A DNA stretch of 62,639 bases, the filler included, from an uncultured Gemmatimonadota bacterium (lineage in GTDB: Bacteria; GCA-2686955), in NCBI GenBank assembly GCA_964490075.1. It is 4 parts of 4 records of this genome, joined end to end, with 100 filler letters (N's around TTAATTAATTAA, not from the genome) between each part and the next. Parts side by side here need not be neighbours in the genome. Positions count along the whole stretch, not along the records: positions 47,791 to 62,639 come from CAZBBK010000093.1; 3 more parts are not named here. One strand, given 5' to 3'. How positions within the stretch are numbered: the stretch's first letter is position 1; every line of letters begins with the position of its first letter. This document shows, piece by piece, positions 54,880-62,639 of the stretch. Made by a program: the position numbers and the translations under genes. The notes below the pieces were generated by a model, which did no database searches, was not told where the DNA came from, and was given only the letters and a program-made list of their open reading frames with translations.

Positions 54880-55974
54880 TCACCCCCCAATCGTCTGCAA
54901 CACCTTTTCCAGCGCCCCCTCGATGCTCCCCAGCACCCAGTCCGGGGGACGCCAGCGCGGCAGATACTCGTTGGCGAGGAACGAAGCATCGAGGATGCCG
55001 CGGTCGAGCAGGCACCAGTCGATCCGCGCCCGACCGGGTTCCGAGCTGTCGCTTCCGGCGGCCGCGGCGTAGGACTCGAGGGCTTGCTCCAGGAGCCGCG
55101 GGGGCAGTCCCTTGGCGAGCGAGACCAGGTCGGCCTCGGGCCAGCCCAGTCCGCACCACTCCCAGTCGACCAGCTTCATCTCTTCCGCGTCGTCCAGCGG
55201 CCGGTGGATGTTGCTGCGGTTGCAGTCGCCGTGGATCGGCACCAGCTCCGCCGCCGGCGGTGCGCCGCCCTGGTGCCGCTCCTCGACGGCGGGCCAGGCC
55301 GCGACCACCCGGCGCCCGAGATCGGAGCGGGTGGTCTCGGTGTAGCGTTCGATCGCGGCTCGGGCGTAGCCCCGCAGGCGCCGCGCGTAGTGCTGGTCGA
55401 ACACCGGGAGCGCTGTACGGTCCGCGGGCCCGGCCCATGCGGCCAGCGCGGCGTGCAGGCGCGGCAACCGGGCCGCTGCCCAGACCACGGCCGGGGCCGG
55501 ATCCTGGTCCCCCGGCAGGGCGCGGTGGGTCGCCCCCAGATCCTCGAAGAGGTACTCGTAGGCCCGCCCCGCCTCGATCTCGCGGCAGACGAAGCGGCGC
55601 GGCAGGAAGGGCTCCAGCGCGGCGACGCGCGACCGGTAGATGCGGTGCTCCGGGGGGCCCGGCGCCAGCGGGAAGCCGATCAGGGCCGGGGTTTCGGCCG
55701 CGTCGTAGACCGCGCGCTTGTAGACCAGGCTGCGCTCGCCGCCGCCCGGGTCGCGGATCCACAGCCGATAGGCGCCCGCGCTCTTCCAGCCCGAGAGGTG
55801 TTGGTGCCGCAGCGACTCGACCCCCTCCTCTCCACGTTCGCGCAGCCACCGATCGATGGTGCCGATCGCCAGCGCCGGGGGCGGACCCGGGCGCACGCCG
55901 GCGCGCTCCTCGGCGGGCCGGAAGCGCCGCCCGAATCTGCGGTTCAGCTCTCGCAAGGACGACAGTGGATCCAT
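54880..55974 (-). CDS. APH/choline kinase-like phosphotransferase
   Basis: LVYK, LFEDLG hinge, Brenner motif IHGDCNRSNI, KLVDWEW. Confidence 0.85.
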   Translation of the reverse strand: MDPLSSLRELNRRFGRRFRPAEERAGVRPGPPPALAIGTIDRWLRERGEEGVESLRHQHLSGWKSAGAYRLWIRDPGGGERSLVYKRAVYDAAETPALIGFPLAPGPPEHRIYRSRVAALEPFLPRRFVCREIEAGRAYEYLFEDLGATHRALPGDQDPAPAVVWAAARLPRLHAALAAWAGPADRTALPVFDQHYARRLRGYARAAIERYTETTRSDLGRRVVAAWPAVEERHQGGAPPAAELVPIHGDCNRSNIHRPLDDAEEMKLVDWEWCGLGWPEADLVSLAKGLPPRLLEQALESYAAAAGSDSSEPGRARIDWCLLDRGILDASFLANEYLPRWRPPDWVLGSIEGALEKVLQTIGG

Positions 55975-56025
55975 CGATTCGACTATCGTAGGGCTCCCCG
56001 CGGAAGAGATGCGAGTCTTCGATCG

Positions 56026-58275
<2,250 letters not shown>

Positions 58276-58302
<27 letters not shown>

Positions 58303-59184
58303 CCGCCACACCAGCTTCCCGGCCTCGCCCCAAACCCGGCCGCGCCGCAACCCGGCCGGGAGCAGCCGCGCCAGAGCCCGGCACGCCCCGCCCAGATCCC
58401 CGCGCGCCCGCAGCTGGTAGCAGAGGTCGAAGTGGAGCCGCTCCCGGTGCTCGGCGATGGCCCGCCGATGCGTCGCCCCGGCGGCCGCTTCCCAGCGCTC
58501 CAGGATGCCGAGAGTCTGCTCCGCCACCAGGCGCGGATTCGAGGTGGCGCTGCCCGGCGCCACTCGGTAGCGCGCCAGCGGCGCGTCGAGGTAGAGGAAG
58601 CGCGTGCCGCGGTCCGCCATTCGCAGCCAGAGCTCGTAATCCTCTCCGACCCGCAGCCCGGCCCGCTCGTCGAAGCCCCCGGCCGCGACCAGCGCGTCGC
58701 GCCGCGCCAGCACCGAGCTCAGGATCACGAAGTTGCGGCGCAGCAGATCGCCGAGGGTGTCGGCCCCGCCTGGCGGGCGCTGCGGCAGACGGCGCTGCTC
58801 GCTCAGCTCAGGACCGAAGGCCCAGGCGGCGCTGCAGACGAGGCCGACTTCGGGCGCGGCGGCCACCGCCGCGAGCTGCCGCGAGAGCTTGCCGGCGCTC
58901 CACAGATCGTCGGCGTCGAGGAAGGCCACCCAGTCGCCGCGGCAGCACTCGAGCGCCGCGTTGCGCGCCGCGGCCGCGCCGGCGTGCTCGCGCCGGAGCA
59001 GATTCACGCGCGGGTCGTCGAAGCCCTGCGCGATCGCGGCGCTGGCGTCGGTCGAGCCGTCGTCGACGATCCAGTGCCGCACGTCATCGATCCCTTGCGA
59101 GAGCACGCATTCGATCGCCGCGCCCAGCGTCGCGGCGCCGTTGTGCACCGGCGTGATCACATCGACGCCGGGCTCGCCGCTCAC
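58276..59184 (-). CDS. GT2 glycosyltransferase
   Basis: VITPVHN, VDDGSTD, AARN, FLDADD, EDYELW. Confidence 0.92.
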
Positions 59185-60116
59185 CGATCGAGCTCCACCG
59201 GCGAGCGCTGCCGGGGGCTCCGCCCGAGGCTGCTCCGAAGGGCCTCTTTGAGGTCGATCTCCAGCCGCCACCGATTGCGGACCACCCAGGGCAGGAGCGA
59301 GGCGAGGGCGGCGCGCTTCTCGGCGCCGCGGATCGGCACGCGGCGGATCGAGCGCACGTACTCGATGCCGGTGCGCCAGAAGGGGAAGACGATGCGCCCG
59401 CTGAGCCTCGGATCGAACCACGCGGCCCGGGCACGAATGTCGATCGCCCGGATCGAACGATCGGGATGATCCCGGGAATGGAAGAGGATGCGCGGATTGC
59501 GCAGGAACTTGCCGCGCAAACCGAGCTCGGCCAGCAGCACCCGATCGGAGCCGATGAAGCTGCCGATCAGCGGAGTCTGGGCCAGCGCCGCGCGGCGCAT
59601 CACGCCGAAGATGTCGATGCACCAATGCTCGCCGAGAATCAGGTCGCGAAAGCGCACCGAGGGGATCTCGGAGTCGACCCGGTTCAGCTCTTCGTCGCGC
59701 GGACCGAGCGGAGCGCCGGCATCGTCGATGAGGTCGATGCCGGTGTTGCAGAGGACCGCGCCCGGCTCCGAGTCCAGCATCTCCACGCAGGCTTCCAGGT
59801 AGTCCGGATCGAGCAGGTCGTCGTGGGCCGCCCACTTGAAGTACTGCCCGGCCGAGCGCGCGAAGGCCAGATTGAAGTTCGGTCCGGCGCCGATGTTGCT
59901 CTCGTTGCGGCCGTAGCGGATGCGCGAGTCGGAGGCGGCGAGCTCCTCGCAGATCTCAGCGGTGCGATCGGTCGAGGCGTTGTCGACGATCACCAGCTCG
60001 AAATCTCGCAGAGTCTGGTCGAGAATCGACCGAATCGCCTGGCCGACATGACGCTCGCCGTTGTGGACCGGCAGACCGATGCTGACTTTGGGACGAATCG
60101 CCCGCATGGCTGTCAC
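59181..60116 (-). CDS. GT2 glycosyltransferase
   Basis: VSIGLPVHNG, DNASTD, N.GA..NFN, YFKWAAHDD. Confidence 0.93.
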   Translation of the reverse strand: MTAMRAIRPKVSIGLPVHNGERHVGQAIRSILDQTLRDFELVIVDNASTDRTAEICEELAASDSRIRYGRNESNIGAGPNFNLAFARSAGQYFKWAAHDDLLDPDYLEACVEMLDSEPGAVLCNTGIDLIDDAGAPLGPRDEELNRVDSEIPSVRFRDLILGEHWCIDIFGVMRRAALAQTPLIGSFIGSDRVLLAELGLRGKFLRNPRILFHSRDHPDRSIRAIDIRARAAWFDPRLSGRIVFPFWRTGIEYVRSIRRVPIRGAEKRAALASLLPWVVRNRWRLEIDLKEALRSSLGRSPRQRSPVELDR

Positions 60117-60188
60117 GCTGCTCCCGCTCGGGAAGGGCCGCCGGGGCGTCCGGCGCGCAGCTGAGATGATAGTCGATTCCGCGCTGGC

Positions 60189-61577
60189 TCAGTCGAGCCA
60201 CCCGGCCATCCCCGGTCCACCGTAGGCCCCGAGGTCGGGCGCCTGGGAGTTGAACTGGCAGTACTGGGCGTGCAGCGAGCACCAGTCGAGCCCGTCGTCA
60301 CCGCCCGTGCCCGCATCGATGCAGGGAGAGGCCGGGGCCAGGATGAAGTCGTACTGGCCGTAGTCTCGGAAGCGCGGGTTGGCATCCATATTCTGCTCGC
60401 CGCTCCAACCGTCTTCGACATCGGAGTAGCTCACCGTCAGCGCCGCCGGAAACACCAGGTGGTTGTAGATCTGCTCGGGCGTGTTGCCCCACAGGATCGA
60501 GTTGGTGACCGTGACCGGCTCCCACCAGGCGGAGTAGATCCCGCCTCCCTGGGTCGCCGCCGAGTTGTCCGCCATGACGCAGTTCAGCAATGTGGAGGTC
60601 GATCCCGTGGAGACCGCGGCGCCGCCGCGGAATCCGGCCGAGTTGCGGGCTACGATGCAGTGGGTCAGGGCGGAGCTGGAGTTCCACACGTAGAGGCCGC
60701 CGCCGGAGCCGAGTGCGTCATTGTCGTTGATGACGCAGTTGCTGGCCTGCAGGTCCGAGTTGGGGCGCAGGTAGACGCCGCCGCCGTCGACGTCGGTGTT
60801 GTTGAGGGCGATTTCGCAGCGAAGGAGGGTTGCGGAGGCCGCCTGTACGTAGAGCCCGGCGCCGGAGTCGAGCGCCTGGTTCGACTCGATGACGCAGTCG
60901 GTGAGCTGCAGATCGGCCCCCGAGAGGGCCAGCAGCCCGCCGCCCCAGGTGGCGGAGTTGGCTTGGATGGTGCAGCCCTCGAGCGACGGAGTCGAGAGGC
61001 CGGTGGCGAACACGCCCGCGCCGCGCGGTGCGATGTTGTCGTCGATCGAGCAGCTCTCGATCGCCGGCGACGCATCGGAGCAGTAGAGCCCACCACCATC
61101 GAGCTGTGCCGAGTTGAGCGTGACGGTGCAGCCCGAAATCGTGGGGCTCGACGCGTTGCAGCGCAGGCCGCCCCCGTAGCCGTCGGCGAAGTTCAAGGTC
61201 AGTGCGCAGTCGCGGATCAGCGGGCTCGATCCGTTCTCGCAGACGATGCCGGAGCTGCCGCCGGTGACCGTGAAATCGGCCAGCACGGTGCCCGCCGGCT
61301 CCCCCAGGGCAAAACGCACGGTGGGATCGACGCCGTTGCCCGAGAGCGTGGTCGACGCTGAGCCCGAGCCGAGCACCACCACGGCCGACCCGCGAAACTG
61401 AACCGCTTCGGAGTAGGTCCCGGAGCTCACTCGGACGGTATCGCCGGCCGCGCTGAGGTCGATCCCGGCCTGCACGGTCGGGGCGTCTCCGGGGACGTGC
61501 CAGGTAACCGCAAGGGCCGAGCCGGGCAGCGCGAGGGCGAGCAGCGATGCGAGGATGCGGGGGGGAGCTGGGTTCAT
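60189..61577 (-). CDS. Secreted right-handed parallel beta-helix repeat protein
   Basis: Signal peptide, HVPGD.PTVQAGID, repeated N.A..GGG..C...SP.I..C, SPCIDAG...DLGAYGGP tail. Confidence 0.9.
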   Translation of the reverse strand: MNPAPPRILASLLALALPGSALAVTWHVPGDAPTVQAGIDLSAAGDTVRVSSGTYSEAVQFRGSAVVVLGSGSASTTLSGNGVDPTVRFALGEPAGTVLADFTVTGGSSGIVCENGSSPLIRDCALTLNFADGYGGGLRCNASSPTISGCTVTLNSAQLDGGGLYCSDASPAIESCSIDDNIAPRGAGVFATGLSTPSLEGCTIQANSATWGGGLLALSGADLQLTDCVIESNQALDSGAGLYVQAASATLLRCEIALNNTDVDGGGVYLRPNSDLQASNCVINDNDALGSGGGLYVWNSSSALTHCIVARNSAGFRGGAAVSTGSTSTLLNCVMADNSAATQGGGIYSAWWEPVTVTNSILWGNTPEQIYNHLVFPAALTVSYSDVEDGWSGEQNMDANPRFRDYGQYDFILAPASPCIDAGTGGDDGLDWCSLHAQYCQFNSQAPDLGAYGGPGMAGWLD

Positions 61578-61662
61578 GGGTCTACCTCGTTGTGGGTGGC
61601 CGGTGAGCTGCCTTCGAGTCGACGCGGCCGAAGCGAGTTCCGCGACCTCTCTTTCCAGATTG

Positions 61663-62535
61663 TCACCAGTTTCTGAGATGCGTGACCACGGGAATCGTCT
61701 TGAGCAGGATCGCGAGATCCCTTCGGATCCCGCAGGAGCGCACGTACGCCAGGTCGTAGCCGATCTTCCTGCGGAACGAGTCGAGATCGTGGTCGTAGCC
61801 GTTTTCGAGCTGGGCCAGACCGGTGATGCCGGGCCTGACCTGAAATCTCCCCTGGAAGCCGGGGATGCGTTCGTAAGCGGAGTGGATGAAGTAAGCGCGT
61901 TCCGGGCGCGGGCCGACCAGGCTCATCTCGCCCTTGATCACGTTGAAGAGCTGCGGGATCTCGTCGATACGGAACTTGCGCAGCAGTTTGCCGACCGGAG
62001 TCGCGCGCGGATCGTCGTCCGCGGCCAGGACCGGGCCGGTCTCTTCCTCGGCCGAGGCGTGCATGGTCCGGAACTTGTAGATCTCGAAGGGGCGTCCGTG
62101 CTGATTGCGACGCCGGCGTTCGAGTCCATCCGGCCCCTCGCCCCCCGCGAGTCCGCGGCTGTTCTGCCCGATTCGCTCCTGGCGGAAGATCGCCGGGCCC
62201 GGGGAGCCGATTCGGATCAGCAGCGCGACGAAGACGAGGCCGGGGGCCAACAAGACGAGGGCGGCGAAAGAAAGGAGAAGGTCGAGGATGCGCTTCGCGA
62301 CAGGGCGCAAGAGCCGTTTGATCGCGCCGCTCCGGAGCCACCAAGGAGCCCGTACAGCACGGAGTCCGGGCCGCGAGTCCCGCGGCCGACCGCCCGCTGC
62401 CGAGCGGCCCTCCGAGAAGGAGACCAGGCTGAGATCAAAAGGCCGATCCGCCGCCCTGCGCGAATCCGGCTCCTCGCTTGCCGACTCTTGGGCCCTGGGA
62501 CTCACTCCCGCGGCCACTCGCTTGAACAAGATCAC
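61663..62535 (-). CDS. Bacterial sugar transferase (initiating phosphoglycosyl transferase); start uncertain
   Basis: [52 protein letters not shown]. Confidence 0.92.
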   Translation of the reverse strand: MILFKRVAAGVSPRAQESASEEPDSRRAADRPFDLSLVSFSEGRSAAGGRPRDSRPGLRAVRAPWWLRSGAIKRLLRPVAKRILDLLLSFAALVLLAPGLVFVALLIRIGSPGPAIFRQERIGQNSRGLAGGEGPDGLERRRRNQHGRPFEIYKFRTMHASAEEETGPVLAADDDPRATPVGKLLRKFRIDEIPQLFNVIKGEMSLVGPRPERAYFIHSAYERIPGFQGRFQVRPGITGLAQLENGYDHDLDSFRRKIGYDLAYVRSCGIRRDLAILLKTIPVVTHLRNW

Positions 62536-62639
62536 GGGCGATCCCCCCGGAAGCGTGACGCGATAAAGGATAGTGGCCTAGATAGTTCCCGTCCACGAAG
62601 TCAGCCGCGGCCGCGTGAGATGTAGCCCCGGGGCCCGGG

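Overview
High-GC bacterial genome, probably a MAG or draft assembly. The ORF content suggests a diderm, possibly FCB-related lineage, but this is inference. The window joins FOUR contigs with artificial N-run/TTAATTAATTAA linkers (16145-16244, 32178-32277, 47691-47790), so adjacency across the linkers is meaningless. Contig 1: MSHA-like type IV pilus/T2SS cluster, a Thr-type sulfatase-like lipoprotein, a deletion-scarred sulfatase/anSME pseudogene patch, a BNR-repeat protein and an M1 aminopeptidase. Contig 2: a minus-strand run of sigma54 activator, histidine kinase, second sigma54 activator, dusB, larB, larC, then a PyrR-regulated operon pyrR-pyrB-pyrC-TPR lipoprotein-(pyrK-pyrD fusion)-rlpA. 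Contig 3: the core cluster tuf-rpmG-tRNA-Trp-secE-nusG-rplKAJL-rpoBC-rpsLG-fusA-tuf, with some unusual intergenic RNA structures. Contig 4: a palindromic 51-bp repeat array, a repeat-flanked gene encoding a beta-CASP-family metallo-beta-lactamase nuclease domain fused to three double-stranded-RNA-binding domains, and a surface-glycan locus. The nuclease-dsRBD fusion is the best candidate for an undescribed system, although this copy looks damaged. No CRISPR array, rRNA, intact transposase or integrase was seen.
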